A DNA stretch of 47,891 nt from positions 1 through 47,891 of the forward strand of contig SKKS01000294.1 of the NCBI GenBank assembly GCA_007123625.1. Direction: 5' to 3'. Position numbers and translations under genes: made by a program. The DNA comes from Paracoccaceae bacterium (lineage in GTDB: Bacteria; Pseudomonadota; Alphaproteobacteria; Rhodobacterales; Rhodobacteraceae). The notes beneath the pieces were generated by a model that worked only from the letters and a program-made list of their open reading frames with translations, searched no databases and was not told where the DNA came from. Below, in pieces: positions 47,852-47,891 of the stretch (position 1 is its first letter; each line of letters begins with the position of its first letter).

Positions 47852-47891
47852 CTAGCCCCCCAGCCCATAGCCCGCCACCAGCGAACCAACC
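47852..47891 (-). CDS. fliP: 3' end of FliP (truncated by window edge)
   Basis: Reads VGSLVAGYGLGG*, like the FliP C-terminus; position upstream of fliQ. Confidence 0.6.
   Translation of the reverse strand, partial: VGSLVAGYGLGG

Noticed and set aside
1-47891. IS elements, integrases, tRNA/rRNA, CRISPR arrays
   Set aside because: No transposase or integrase motifs, no repeat-spacer periodicity, and no recognisable RNA genes

Overview
High-GC alphaproteobacterial DNA (Rhodobacteraceae/Paracoccaceae-like, by inference). Bases 1-4832 hold the end of a quaternary-amine locus: a conserved hypothetical gene, a DUF3726 gene and a ProU/OpuA-type ABC transporter. Bases ~4900-47891 are a large flagellar gene cluster of the sigma54/FleQ/FliA ('gamma-like', Rhodobacter sphaeroides Fla1-like) type. 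It contains fliS, flgB-L, sltF, flhA-flhF-fliA, flgP-flgT-flgA-flgM, fleQ, fliD, a PomA/PomB-like motAB, fliC, rpoN and flhB-fliR-fliQ-fliP (truncated). By eye I find eight sigma54 (-24/-12) promoters and five sigma28 promoters, which let unknown genes be placed in the hierarchy. The non-canonical parts are the most interesting. (i) A phosphorelay island: a PruR-like periplasmic pterin-binding protein, a membrane hybrid kinase with Hpt, a GAF/multi-PAS CckA-type kinase and a NarL/LuxR regulator, preceded by a perfect CtrA box. (ii) A sigma28-driven pair encoding an NHLP/nitrile-hydratase-leader-like protein and a secreted Sel1 protein. (iii) A sigma54 operon of three unknown membrane proteins. 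(iv) A bidirectional sigma54 promoter in which both promoters share one -12 element. (v) A degenerate FlhF with no FlhG. All family calls come from motif recognition, not database searches. No rRNA, tRNA, CRISPR array or mobile element was seen.
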